Shown: piece after piece, positions 39,342-48,814 of the stretch | Layout: each line of letters begins with the position of its first letter | Position numbering within the stretch: the stretch's first letter is position 1 | From: an uncultured delta proteobacterium | GTDB taxonomy: Bacteria > Desulfobacterota > Syntrophia > Syntrophales > Smithellaceae | Direction: 5' to 3' | DNA: 64,000 nt | NCBI GenBank assembly: GCA_963753975.1 | Contig: CAVWEH010000004.1 | Location: forward strand, 256,001 to 320,000 | Program-made: the position numbers and the translations under genes | Notes under the pieces: model-generated | The model's database searches: none | What the model was told of the DNA's origin: nothing | Seen by the model: only the letters and a program-made list of their open reading frames with translations

Positions 39342-39345
39342 TCAA
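39318..39345 (-). promoter_or_regulatory. Putative sigma70 promoter reading into the repeat cluster
   Basis: TTGAAA-16 bp-TATATT on minus strand. Confidence 0.45.
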
Positions 39346-39466
39346 TTCTTTTTTACATTAGTCAACGGCAAAATAACCGGATCCCCCCGACGTAGCCCGG
39401 CATGCGCTGGGCAGGCTACCGGGCTACGCTGCCGAGTAAACTTCTGCCGGACCGAAATGACATTTT

Positions 39467-40048
39467 TTATTTTTTAAAAAAGCCTTCCATAGCTATTTCG
39501 GAAATGCTCTTTCTTGCCGATGGAAATTCACGTTCCTGCTGGTAGGAAGGCAAATCTTCTTTCTTACCATGTTTGCCCACAGCAATCATTGCTTCCACCT
39601 GATAATCAGCGGGAATACGCAAAACTTCTTTGGCCTTATCATAATCGAATCCCTGCATGCCGTGCACAACGAGCCCCGCAAGCGAGCCTTGCAGAGCAAA
39701 GTTTTCCCAGGCGGCGCCGGTATCGTAGGAGTGCGTCCGGGAAGGTTTGCCGTTATCAAATGTCGTTTTGGAAATGACAACTATCAGCACGGCGGCGTTT
39801 TTCGCCCATTCCTGATTGCCCTCGGCCAGCAGATTGAAGAAAGTCATCCAGTTCTTTGTATTGCGGCGGCCGTAGATAAATCGCCAGGGCTGATTATTGT
39901 TGGAGGAAGGCGCCCAATGCGCCGCTTCAAAAAGAGAAAGTAATGCGGCTTCATCAATTTCTTCGCTGGACATCGCCCGCGGTGACCACCGGTTTAAAAA
40001 TAGTTCGTTGACATTCTGCTCGGGTTTTCTAAAATCTCTGATGTTCAT
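39467..40048 (-). CDS. Nitroreductase family protein
   Basis: RWSPRAM, WAPSSNNNQPWRF, HGMQGFD. Confidence 0.92.
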   Translation of the reverse strand: MNIRDFRKPEQNVNELFLNRWSPRAMSSEEIDEAALLSLFEAAHWAPSSNNNQPWRFIYGRRNTKNWMTFFNLLAEGNQEWAKNAAVLIVVISKTTFDNGKPSRTHSYDTGAAWENFALQGSLAGLVVHGMQGFDYDKAKEVLRIPADYQVEAMIAVGKHGKKEDLPSYQQEREFPSARKSISEIAMEGFFKK

Positions 40049-40066
40049 AAAGCACCTCCTCTTTAA

Positions 40067-41800
40067 TTATTGTTTGTTCAGCAAATAAGCCTTCATCTCC
40101 TTCAGATTCAGACAATTAAGACAATCGCCCTTGGAAAGCCAACCTTTGCGGGCTATCTTAATTCCAAAACTGATGTCGTGCAATCCCGCTTTCTGATGAG
40201 CGTCGGGGTTGATCGCAATCTTTACGCCCTTCTTTTTGGCATGAATGCAATTGCGCCAATCCAAATCCAGACGGTGCGGATTGGCATTGAGCTCGAGAGC
40301 CTTGCCGAACTGGGCCGCTGCCTCAATAATTTCCATAATGTTTAGCGCATAAGGTTCCCGCGACAAAAGCAACCTGCCGGTCGGATGGGCGAGCATGGTA
40401 GTATATTTATTCTGCAGAGCTTTCTTAATGCGGCCGGTCATCTCCGCAGCGGTCATGTTAAAATTGGAATGGATGGCGGCAATCACAAAATCAAATTTCG
40501 CCATAATTTCTTCATCGTAATCCAACCTGCCGTCCGGCAAAATATCCGCTTCGGTTCCTTTAAATATATAAAAAGGCGCATGCTTATTGTTGAGATTATC
40601 AATAAGCTCATGCTGCCTTTGAATATCCTCCGCTTTCAAGCCTCCGGCATAATAAGCCGAACGGCTGTGATCGCTGATACCGATATATTTTAATCCCATT
40701 TTTTTTGCCGCCAGCACGATACTCTCCAGTGTATCCGTGCCATCACTGAAATTGGTGTGGATATGAAAAAGCCCCTGTACATCTTTTTCTTCGACAAGTT
40801 TTGGCAATGTGTTTTTTTCTGCCGCTTCAATTTCGCCCATATTTTCGCGCAATTCCGGAGGAATAAATTGCAGCCCCAGTGCGGAAAAAATTTCTTCCTC
40901 ACTGCGGCAAACAATGTTTTTCTCTCCTCGGAAAAGCCCATATTCGTTCATTTTGATGCCCATGTCCTTCGCTCTGCCCCGCATGGCGGTGTTATGCTCT
41001 TTGCTGCCGGTAAAATGATGCAGCGCATAAGGAAACTCATCTTTTGTTACGATGCGCAAATCGGCATTGACTCCCGATTTCAAATTTACGCTGACTTTCG
41101 TTTCACCGCCGGCAATAACAGAAGCAACTTCATCCAAATTGGCGAATGCTCGGGCCAGTTTTTCGGGATGCGCCGAACTGGCCAGGATATCAATGTCCTT
41201 GACAGTTTCGTTGCCGCGGCGCAATGAACCGGCAACGCTGACGGCAAAGACATCTTTATTTTCCCTGAGAAACTTAAGCAGCGCTTCAGCCTGGCCTTCG
41301 ACTTCCGCATAAAGCCTTCTTTCTTTATAAACCTTCAGCTTTTCGATACCGGCCAAAATATTTTCCTGCGACTTTTTTCCAAATCCCTTAAGTTCCACAA
41401 GACGGTTTTCATGGCAGGCATATTCCAGTTCACCGATAGTTTTTATTCCCAATCGTTCATAAAGAGCATGAATTTTTTTCGGTCCCAGGCCGCTTATCTT
41501 CAACATTTCCAGATGACCGGGAGGAATGGACGTTTTGAGGTTTTCGTAATATTCCAATTGTCCGGTAGTCATCAACTCCACAATTTTTTTGCCGATAGCC
41601 TCTCCTACACCGTCGATTTCGTAAATTTTTCCCTCCTGCACCAATTCACTAAGATCAGATTCTACTTTTTCCAAATTGCGGGCGGCATTCGTGTAGGCAC
41701 GGGATTTAAAGGGATTTTCTCCGGTCAATTCCAAAAGAACTGCAATTTCTTCGAGAATTTTGATGACTGTTTCTTTGGTGACCATTTTTTTCACAAACAT
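40067..41800 (-). CDS. polX: DNA polymerase X / PHP 3'-5' exonuclease
   Basis: ENPFKSRAY, GSLRR...KDIDIL, HFTGSKEHN, PHP HIHT and DAH motifs. Confidence 0.95.
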   Translation of the reverse strand: MFVKKMVTKETVIKILEEIAVLLELTGENPFKSRAYTNAARNLEKVESDLSELVQEGKIYEIDGVGEAIGKKIVELMTTGQLEYYENLKTSIPPGHLEMLKISGLGPKKIHALYERLGIKTIGELEYACHENRLVELKGFGKKSQENILAGIEKLKVYKERRLYAEVEGQAEALLKFLRENKDVFAVSVAGSLRRGNETVKDIDILASSAHPEKLARAFANLDEVASVIAGGETKVSVNLKSGVNADLRIVTKDEFPYALHHFTGSKEHNTAMRGRAKDMGIKMNEYGLFRGEKNIVCRSEEEIFSALGLQFIPPELRENMGEIEAAEKNTLPKLVEEKDVQGLFHIHTNFSDGTDTLESIVLAAKKMGLKYIGISDHSRSAYYAGGLKAEDIQRQHELIDNLNNKHAPFYIFKGTEADILPDGRLDYDEEIMAKFDFVIAAIHSNFNMTAAEMTGRIKKALQNKYTTMLAHPTGRLLLSREPYALNIMEIIEAAAQFGKALELNANPHRLDLDWRNCIHAKKKGVKIAINPDAHQKAGLHDISFGIKIARKGWLSKGDCLNCLNLKEMKAYLLNKQ

Positions 41801-41886
41801 TTAACCTCTTATCTCATCTTTTATATATCTTCGAAGTATTCCGGCAAAAGCCGGCTTTCTTGTGATACTTTTTGTTGAGGCATTGC

Positions 41887-41915
41887 TTGACATTCTACTT
41901 TGAACAATATATAAG
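41887..41915 (+). promoter_or_regulatory. sigma70 promoter of tRNA-Glu
   Basis: TTGACA-17 bp-TATAAG. Confidence 0.65.
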
Positions 41916-41947
41916 GCGCGCACCTTACATATAAATTATTTCCCAGC

Positions 41948-42023
41948 GTCCCCATCGTCTAGAGGCCTAGGACACGGGCCTTTCACGCCTGTAACCGGGG
42001 TTCGACTCCCCATGGGGACGCCA
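41948..42023 (+). tRNA. tRNA-Glu(TTC)
   Basis: GTCCCCA/TGGGGAC acceptor stem, anticodon loop CT-TTC-AC, GTTCGA T-loop, encoded CCA. Confidence 0.95.
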
Positions 42024-42030
42024 ATATTTA

Positions 42031-42068
42031 AAAAAAAGGGCAAACTATATTCGGTTTGCCCTTTTTTG
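42031..42068. terminator. Bidirectional rho-independent terminator
   Basis: aaaaaagggcaaac-tatattcg-gtttgccctttttt. Confidence 0.8.
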
Positions 42069-42080
42069 TTTATCTGAATC

Positions 42081-42956
42081 TTATTTCTCTTTTTTCTTAG
42101 TTGTGCTCTTTTTCGGCTTTGTTTTGGCCTCCGCGACCGTTTTCTTTTTTAGGTTTTTATCAGCGGTAGCTGCCGTCTTTGTTTTCAGTTTAGGTTTTGG
42201 TGCGGCCTTTGCCTTTGTTGTCTTTGTCGTTTTTGGTTTTGGCTTTGCTTTTGGTACCTCGGCCTTTGGCTTCCCCTTAGGTTTCGGCTCAGGCTTCTTG
42301 GGTTTTGCTGCCGCAACTTTCGACTCTTTTTTAGCTCTCGGTTCAGCCTTTACTTTCGCTGGCGCCGGTTGAGAAACGGCAACGGGAGCAACCGGTTTTT
42401 CCCCAATCTTCGGTTCCGCCGGTACTGATATAATTTCCGGCAGTGGTACCGGGGCTTCCGGTTTTTCTTCAGGTTTTATTTCCACCGGCTTCGGTACAGA
42501 CACTGGTTCCGGCACTGGTTGGAATTTCGGTACGGCTATAGGTTCAGGTGCCGGCGCTTCTAATATCACCGGCTTGGGCTCCGGCGCTGGCCGCTTCGGC
42601 GGTTTGGGCGGCTTCGGCTCTTCCTGCATAGGCGCTGGTTTGGGCTTGGGCGCCTCTTTAGGTTCAGCTTTCGGTTTTTTCTCTTTTTTCTTCTTCGGTT
42701 CAGCTAACTTTTGTGCTTTTGCCTGTGCTAATTCCTGGACGCGTTGGACAAATTTCTCCAGCGCGGCAATTCTTATATTAGTTTGCCTGATTTTTGCCTT
42801 AAGATTTTTAACAAGGGGGTCACTTTGGGCTTTTTCTTTGCTGATACCCTTTTGGGCTAATTTCTGCAATCGTAAATCCAGTTTTTTCTCCAGGATTCGG
42901 CGCTGCTCAAGTCTGACATTCTTACTTTTCGACGGCATTTTTTCCTCCACATGCAT
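42081..42956 (-). CDS. Hypothetical protein: basic coiled-coil N-terminus, Pro-rich linker, Lys/Ala-rich tail
   Basis: 291-aa ORF, GGAGG before the MPSKSK start candidate. Confidence 0.7.
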   Translation of the reverse strand: MHVEEKMPSKSKNVRLEQRRILEKKLDLRLQKLAQKGISKEKAQSDPLVKNLKAKIRQTNIRIAALEKFVQRVQELAQAKAQKLAEPKKKKEKKPKAEPKEAPKPKPAPMQEEPKPPKPPKRPAPEPKPVILEAPAPEPIAVPKFQPVPEPVSVPKPVEIKPEEKPEAPVPLPEIISVPAEPKIGEKPVAPVAVSQPAPAKVKAEPRAKKESKVAAAKPKKPEPKPKGKPKAEVPKAKPKPKTTKTTKAKAAPKPKLKTKTAATADKNLKKKTVAEAKTKPKKSTTKKKEK

Positions 42957-43029
42957 TTTAAAATATTTAAACTTAGCGCTTAAATAACAATATTTTCGCT
43001 TGAAAGCTACAAAAATATTTTTACTGTTT

Positions 43030-43302
43030 AGTGGAGCCTCCTCCGGTCGCAGATGACCTTTAGGTTAAAGGAGCCGGAGGCTTCCTAAAATAGTGAGACC
43101 CAAGCTTCAGAAACAAAGTGCGCTGAAGCTTGCAGGTCGAATCAATGAAACTCAAATATTGCCAGCACAGTGCGGCAATATTTGCAGGTTGAATTGATCC
43201 CGCATAAGCGGAGGACATTGCAAATGCCCGTGATTATCCCGCGGAGCAGAGGACAACGCGACCTCCCGCGGCTGGAGCCGAGGGATTCCAAGTCACGGGA
43301 TT
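43030..43302. repeat. Modular hairpin repeat cluster
   Basis: 43030-43085 matches 9673-9740; 43094-43242 is an inverted copy of 39102-39250. Confidence 0.85.
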
Positions 43303-43367
43303 TGATGTTAGGTTTTCCTAATTATTTTTCCCGCCACCAGTTGACCACATAAACTACCATCTTTTTT

Positions 43368-44531
43368 TCATCTTGTCTCCAATAAACCGATGACTTCAAC
43401 ATGCTCGGTTTGGGGAAACATGTCCACAGGTAAAAGACTAAGCAAGGCATAACCATGCTCATTTAAATATTTAACGTCCCGCGCCTGTGTCGCCGGATTG
43501 CAGGAAACGTAAATAACCTTTTGCGGCTTTAAATCCGCGATTGCCTTCAGTACTGATTCGCTGCAGCCGCTGCGGGGTGGATCAAGTACAATCAAATCGT
43601 TTTCATTTCTGGAAGATAAAAATTCCCCCGATAAAATATTTTCGACTTTTCCCCGGATAAACCTAACATTTTTCACATTCGCATTGGCGGCATTTACTTG
43701 CGCATATTTTACTGATTTTTCGCTTATTTCAATACCGACAACACGCTGGCTATAAGGCGCCAGAAAAATCGAAAAAAGGCCGCTACCGCAATAGGCATCA
43801 ATTAAAGTATTTATTTCGTTAGACATCGCCAGACGGCAAACCTCATCCACTAATTGATTTGTCAAATACAGATTTGCCTGAAAAAATCCTCTCCGGGGCA
43901 CCAAAAACTTTTTCCCCTTAACCGTCCTCATGACCGCATCTTTCTGATCGGCAAGAGGATCTGACCAAATTGTTAAACGGTCATCATTATTGTGCTGAGT
44001 CTGTATATTCTCCCTCCGGGCACGTAATTTTTCGTTTATTGTTTCTTCCATAATTTCACAGCGTTCTATATCCACAATTTCACGGCCGGAAACATCTAAG
44101 AAGCCGATTTTAAAACCATTGCTTGTTCTTAAAGAATGAAACTCGGCCTTTCCCCGATAATGATAGACTTTGGAAGCCGCTTTAATAACTGTAACCGGCG
44201 GTGTCGCAATTTTGCCGATTTTTCGAAATATTTCTTCCACCTGCTTTTTTTTAATCTCCGGCTGGTATTCATAATTTACGTGCTGGTAGCAACAACCACC
44301 GCAGTTCTCATAATAGCGGCACAGAGGACTTACTCGCAACGGCGACGGTTTGACTATCTGTAATATTTTGCCGCGGGCAAATTTCTTTTTGAGCTGAACA
44401 ATTTCAACTTCCAGTTCATCTCCCGGAGCGGCAAAGGGAACGAATACCACAAAATTGTCGACGCGTCCGACTCCTTCGCCGCCAAATGCTACTGATTCAA
44501 TTTTTATTACAACGCGATCTTTGATCCGCAT
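43368..44531 (-). CDS. rlmD: TRAM-domain 23S rRNA m5U methyltransferase (RlmD/TrmA family)
   Basis: CRYYENCGGC, FFQAN, DAYCGSG, LDPPRSG, YVSCNPAT, DMFPQTEHVE. Confidence 0.9.
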   Translation of the reverse strand: MRIKDRVVIKIESVAFGGEGVGRVDNFVVFVPFAAPGDELEVEIVQLKKKFARGKILQIVKPSPLRVSPLCRYYENCGGCCYQHVNYEYQPEIKKKQVEEIFRKIGKIATPPVTVIKAASKVYHYRGKAEFHSLRTSNGFKIGFLDVSGREIVDIERCEIMEETINEKLRARRENIQTQHNNDDRLTIWSDPLADQKDAVMRTVKGKKFLVPRRGFFQANLYLTNQLVDEVCRLAMSNEINTLIDAYCGSGLFSIFLAPYSQRVVGIEISEKSVKYAQVNAANANVKNVRFIRGKVENILSGEFLSSRNENDLIVLDPPRSGCSESVLKAIADLKPQKVIYVSCNPATQARDVKYLNEHGYALLSLLPVDMFPQTEHVEVIGLLETR

Positions 44532-44681
44532 AATTCTCCAGTTTAGACATTTATAAAACTTTCCTGTTCAGCGAGAGCATATAGTACATGAGAAATAATA
44601 GTCAATACGAGCAATATTTTCTTTACAATGGGAATTAATGTTGTTAATTAAATCCGCAACGAAAATTATAAGGGATTAATA

Positions 44682-45533
44682 ATGTCCACGGAAAGAAAAT
44701 CCATCCTCTGCCCCAACTGCCGCAAGCTCATCAGCTCGGACGAGCCTTCCTGCCCTTATTGCGGACTTTTACGGCCCGGTTTACACAATACTGCAGGGAT
44801 TATCAGAAATATTTTCTTTGCTTTCAACCCGGTAATGACCATTATCTACACGAACATTGCTTTTTATTTTCTGGCATTGCTTTTAAATCCGCAGGGAATT
44901 CTTTCCGGTGGCAGCCCTTTTAATTTCCTCTCTCCTTCGGGTCAAAGCCTCTTTCTATTGGGAGCAACCGGAACAGTTCCCGTATTTGAATTTCACCGCT
45001 TTTGGACTCTAATTGCCGCTTCCTTTCTGCATGGAGGAATTCTGCATATTGGTTTCAATATGATGGCTTTATACCAATTGGGACCTTTCGTTCTACAAAT
45101 ATTCGGCTTTCACCGTTTTTTGATCATATATATTCTGTCCGGAATCGTCGGTTTTGCCGCCTCTTTGCTGTTTGGCGTTACCTTTACCATCGGCGCATCG
45201 GCCAGCATCTGCGGACTAATCGGCGCGATTTTGTATTATGGAAAAAGCCGGGGCGGTTATTACGGACAGGCTATATATAAACAAGCAGTGGGTTGGATTA
45301 TCGCACTAATAGTCTTTGGAGTTATCGTCAGCGGCATAAACAACTGGGCTCACGGCGGCGGAGTTCTTTGCGGAATACTTTTGGCCTTTCTAATGGGATA
45401 CAATGAAAAAAAACAGGAAACGGCGGGACATAAACTTTTGGCCTATGCGTGCATCTTAATTACGGCCGGTATTTTAATCTGGTCGGCTGTTTATTCCCTA
45501 ATTTATGTTATCGCGCCTTCAATCCTTTCATAA
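44682..45533 (+). CDS. Rhomboid intramembrane serine protease with N-terminal zinc ribbon
   Basis: CPNC...CPYC, FLHGGILH, GASA, NNWAHGGG. Confidence 0.92.
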   Translation: MSTERKSILCPNCRKLISSDEPSCPYCGLLRPGLHNTAGIIRNIFFAFNPVMTIIYTNIAFYFLALLLNPQGILSGGSPFNFLSPSGQSLFLLGATGTVPVFEFHRFWTLIAASFLHGGILHIGFNMMALYQLGPFVLQIFGFHRFLIIYILSGIVGFAASLLFGVTFTIGASASICGLIGAILYYGKSRGGYYGQAIYKQAVGWIIALIVFGVIVSGINNWAHGGGVLCGILLAFLMGYNEKKQETAGHKLLAYACILITAGILIWSAVYSLIYVIAPSILS

Positions 45534-45562
45534 ATTAAAATGAAATTTTAATCTGTAAATTC

Positions 45563-46022
45563 ATGACAGAAAAACCCGAAGAAGAAAATAAAAGATCTAT
45601 CCTGGCATTTGCCTGCGCCTCTTTCTTAAATGATTTTGGCTCCGACATGATTTATCCGGTTTGGCCATTGTTTGTTACTTCCGTTATGGGCGCCAACATG
45701 GCCGTGCCGGGATTGATTGACGGATTGGATGAAGCTTTCGTTTCCATCTCTAAAGCCATATCCGGCTATCTTTCCGACAGGATCAGGAAAAGGAAGTTTT
45801 TTATAGTGTTTCCGGGCCGCCGGCCTGGGTGTATTTCAAATGGCCATCGGCATTTGCGCCCTGCCGGCTTCATTGGTTGCCGGCTTTCTCCAGAATAATA
45901 TTAACATGCAGGCCCCTTTTTATTTATCTCTTGTCTTGTCTCTAATCGCTTGTTTCCTGCTTTTATTTGTAAAAGAGGATAGTGGCAACAACGGGCAAAA
46001 AAGCCTGCTTAATTTTTCCTGA
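45563..46022 (+). pseudogene. MFS transporter remnant with large internal deletion
   Basis: N-terminal SFLNDFGSDMIYP...GYLSDRIRKRK directly followed, in another frame, by last helices ALPASLVAGFL...APFYLS. Confidence 0.75.
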
Positions 46023-47202
46023 CCAGTAGAAGCCCCTTAAGATAGTGGCCTTCGGGATGTCCCAGCAAAACCGGATGATCCGGCCCTGCCGCCAATCTTG
46101 TTAGCAATTGTAAATCGGCGTCGGCATCGCGCGCAGCGCCAAGAACGATCTTGGAAAAAAGATCTTCTTCTATAAAGTTGGAGCAGGAAAACGTCGCCAG
46201 GATTCCTCCTCGGGCAAGATGCTTGATTGCTTGTAAATTGATTTCCTTATAGCCGCGCGCTGCTTTGGCCACATCCTTTTTGGCTTGAGCAAATGCGGGA
46301 GGATCAAGGATGATCATATCGAAACATTCCTGCGTATTGCGCAAATAATCAAAGACATCGGCTTCTACTACCGGATGGTCTTCCGTGGAAAACCAATTGA
46401 GCTGCAGATTCCTTTTTGCCGTGATACAGGCAGGCTTGGATATATCCAAAGAAACAACTCGTTTGGCCCCGCCTTGGGCGCAATAAACGGAAAAAGCTCC
46501 GGTGTAAGAAAAACAGTTTAATATGCTGGCATCACGGCTCAGCGCGCCTATCTTTTCTCTGTTGATCCGCTGGTCCAGAAAAAAACCGGTTTTTTGGCCA
46601 CGGGCAAAGTCCACCTCAAATTTCAACCCGTTTTCCATTATCTCCACAATACCGGCTTCATTATCTCCGAAAACAAAACCGATCCTGATTTCCAGCCCCT
46701 CCAATGAACGCGACCGGCCTTCGCTTTTTTCATAAATCCGCGCCGGTTTTAATTGGGAAATGAGAGCATCTAAAATATGGTTTTTTTGTTTTTCCATTCC
46801 GGCGGTCGCAATGGATAGCATCAGACTCGAACCATAAACATCAACTATCAATCCCGGAAAACCATCACCTTCGGCATTGATGAGGCGATAAGCGTTTGTT
46901 TGTTCATTGATAATTATTTGCCGTAATTTGCATGCCACATGCAGGCGGTTTTGCCAAAAATTTGAGGTGATTTTTCCTTCACAGTTTCTCGTCAAGATAC
47001 GTAAAGCTATGTCTGTTCGGGGATTAAAAAATCCTAAAGCCAGGGGTTTACCGCCCGAATCTTTGACCAGAACAATATCGCCCGCATCGGGTTTTCCTTT
47101 AATTGCATCAATAGCGCCGGAAAATACCCATGGATGCCCGCGCAAGAGCGCCGCTTCACGTCCCTTTTTCAAGATCATTTCCGGATAAATCATCTTAGAC
47201 AT
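46009..47202 (-). CDS. rlmI: 23S rRNA m5C1962 methyltransferase (RlmI family)
   Basis: GHPWVFSGAI, EGDGFPGLIVD, GQKTGFFLDQR, LDPPAF. Confidence 0.92.
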   Translation of the reverse strand: MSKMIYPEMILKKGREAALLRGHPWVFSGAIDAIKGKPDAGDIVLVKDSGGKPLALGFFNPRTDIALRILTRNCEGKITSNFWQNRLHVACKLRQIIINEQTNAYRLINAEGDGFPGLIVDVYGSSLMLSIATAGMEKQKNHILDALISQLKPARIYEKSEGRSRSLEGLEIRIGFVFGDNEAGIVEIMENGLKFEVDFARGQKTGFFLDQRINREKIGALSRDASILNCFSYTGAFSVYCAQGGAKRVVSLDISKPACITAKRNLQLNWFSTEDHPVVEADVFDYLRNTQECFDMIILDPPAFAQAKKDVAKAARGYKEINLQAIKHLARGGILATFSCSNFIEEDLFSKIVLGAARDADADLQLLTRLAAGPDHPVLLGHPEGHYLKGLLLVRKN

Positions 47203-47306
47203 TAAGTTTTAGGCTATCTTTTCTAACTTGAAATTGCAAGGCACTTTGTATTATAGCATTCAGTAATTACATTTATTCGCTACAAAACCGCAAGGGGTTT
47301 GGAAAA

Positions 47307-48383
47307 ATGCATGCTGTCATCATGGCCGGCGGCAGAGGCACTCGCTTCTGGCCCCGTAGCAGGGAGAAAAAGCCCAAGCATCTATTAGATATAGTTAGCA
47401 ATAGAACTATAATCCAGGAAACCGTTGACCGCGTCAAAGAACTGATTGCCCCGCAAAATATCTTGGTGGTGACAGGCAAAAAGCACGCGCGTGAGCTGAT
47501 CAAGCAGCTTCCGGAAATTCCTTCAAAAAATATCATTATTGAACCGGAAGGTAAAAATACCGCACCCTGCGTCGGACTCGCGGCTCTCTACATACAAAAA
47601 AAAGTCGGCGATGATGTCATGGTTGTGCTGCCTTCCGACCACGCCATTGGTGATGCCCATGTATATACAGAGGTCATTGCTGCAGCGGCACAATTTGCCG
47701 CCAACGAAAACGCGCTGGCAACAATCGGCATAAAACCATCCGGTATTCAAACAGGCTTCGGCTACATTGAATATGCTGATTCTTTTCAGCATATAGGGAA
47801 TCAGGAAGTTTTCCGGGTAAAATCCATACGTGAAAAACCGGATTTCACGCAAGCACAGAAATTTGTTCAAAGCGGCAATTTTTATTGGAACAGCGGCATG
47901 TTTATCTGGAAAGCCTCGACCATCATAGAAGAAATCGCCCGCTTTTTGCCGGACTTATATTCAGGTCTGATGAAAATAAAAAATGTCCTTGGCACTCCAA
48001 GAGAAGCGACTGTCATCCGTAAAGTTTATAAAAAACTGACTTCGATTTCTATCGATTACGGCGTTATGGAAAAGGCGAACAACGTTTTTATGCTGAGAGG
48101 AGATTTCGGCTGGAGCGATGTGGGCAGTTGGGATGCGCTTTGGGAAATATCGCCTAAAGATAACAAAGGTAATACAGTAACCGGAGGCCGCAATGTACTT
48201 TTTGAAGATACGGAGGGATCTCTTGTTTATAGCCCGCAAAAACTTGTCGCTCTTGTAGGAGTAAAGGATTTAATCGTTGTAGAAACAAAAAATGCCTTAC
48301 TGATTTGCAAAAAAGGCCGTTCCCAGGATGTAAAAAAAATAGTCGAAACTCTGGAAGCGGCAAAAATGAAGAAATACCTTTAG
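47307..48383 (+). CDS. Mannose-1-phosphate guanylyltransferase
   Basis: MAGGRGTRFWPRSR..KPK, EPEGKNTAP, WNSGMF, SIDYGVMEK, WSDVGSW. Confidence 0.95.
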   Translation: MHAVIMAGGRGTRFWPRSREKKPKHLLDIVSNRTIIQETVDRVKELIAPQNILVVTGKKHARELIKQLPEIPSKNIIIEPEGKNTAPCVGLAALYIQKKVGDDVMVVLPSDHAIGDAHVYTEVIAAAAQFAANENALATIGIKPSGIQTGFGYIEYADSFQHIGNQEVFRVKSIREKPDFTQAQKFVQSGNFYWNSGMFIWKASTIIEEIARFLPDLYSGLMKIKNVLGTPREATVIRKVYKKLTSISIDYGVMEKANNVFMLRGDFGWSDVGSWDALWEISPKDNKGNTVTGGRNVLFEDTEGSLVYSPQKLVALVGVKDLIVVETKNALLICKKGRSQDVKKIVETLEAAKMKKYL

Positions 48384-48385
48384 AG

Positions 48386-48682
48386 TTACTTTAAATAAAC
48401 CGGGTCGCCGTTGACATCAAACTTCCCTTTTTTAAGTTCTCCGATAATAATATTGAGGGTAGTCATTTCGTCATCAAAGGTAATAATCAACAGATCATGT
48501 CCTTTATTCTCATGTTTCTTCACACCGTTAATTTTTTTCAAGATAGAACCTATCCTGGCATTGGAGTTTCAGGCAGAACATCCGGGCATTGTCAGCTGCA
48601 CAATTCTTTCCTCAGCGATAGCGACACTGATAAACGCTGATAAGAAAATGAGTGTTAAGAATACACTTAATAATTTTTTCAT
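48386..48682 (-). CDS. Secreted heavy-metal-associated (HMA/MerP-like) selenoprotein, 98 aa, CxxU motif
   Basis: GAGGTG RBS, signal peptide, VQLTMPGCSA-UGA(48569-48571)-NSNARIGSILKKINGVKK...ITFDDEMTT, open for 60 more codons; SECIS-like hairpin; selC in window. Confidence 0.8.
48539..48557 (-). promoter_or_regulatory. Putative bacterial SECIS element
   Basis: CAGGATAG-GTT-CTATCTTG stem starting 11 nt 3' of the UGA, with G in the apical loop. Confidence 0.7.
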
Positions 48683-48814
48683 ATTCCACCTCTGTTTTTT
48701 TATGGCCTTATAATAACTCCAAGCCCCTCAAGAAGCAAATATAATTTCCAATTGACACTTAAAAGTTTATTTGTGATAAAAATCATTATATTCATATTAT
48801 AGAAAGCAAAACCA

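Noticed and set aside
48558..48571. TGAAACTCCAAT after the Sec codon matches the start of a repeat module
   Set aside because: Only about 12 nt match, inside a coherent coding frame, and the module stem does not follow; treated as coincidence
48411..48713. 100-aa plus-strand ORF
   Set aside because: Antisense to the selenoprotein gene, which has an RBS, signal peptide and domain motif
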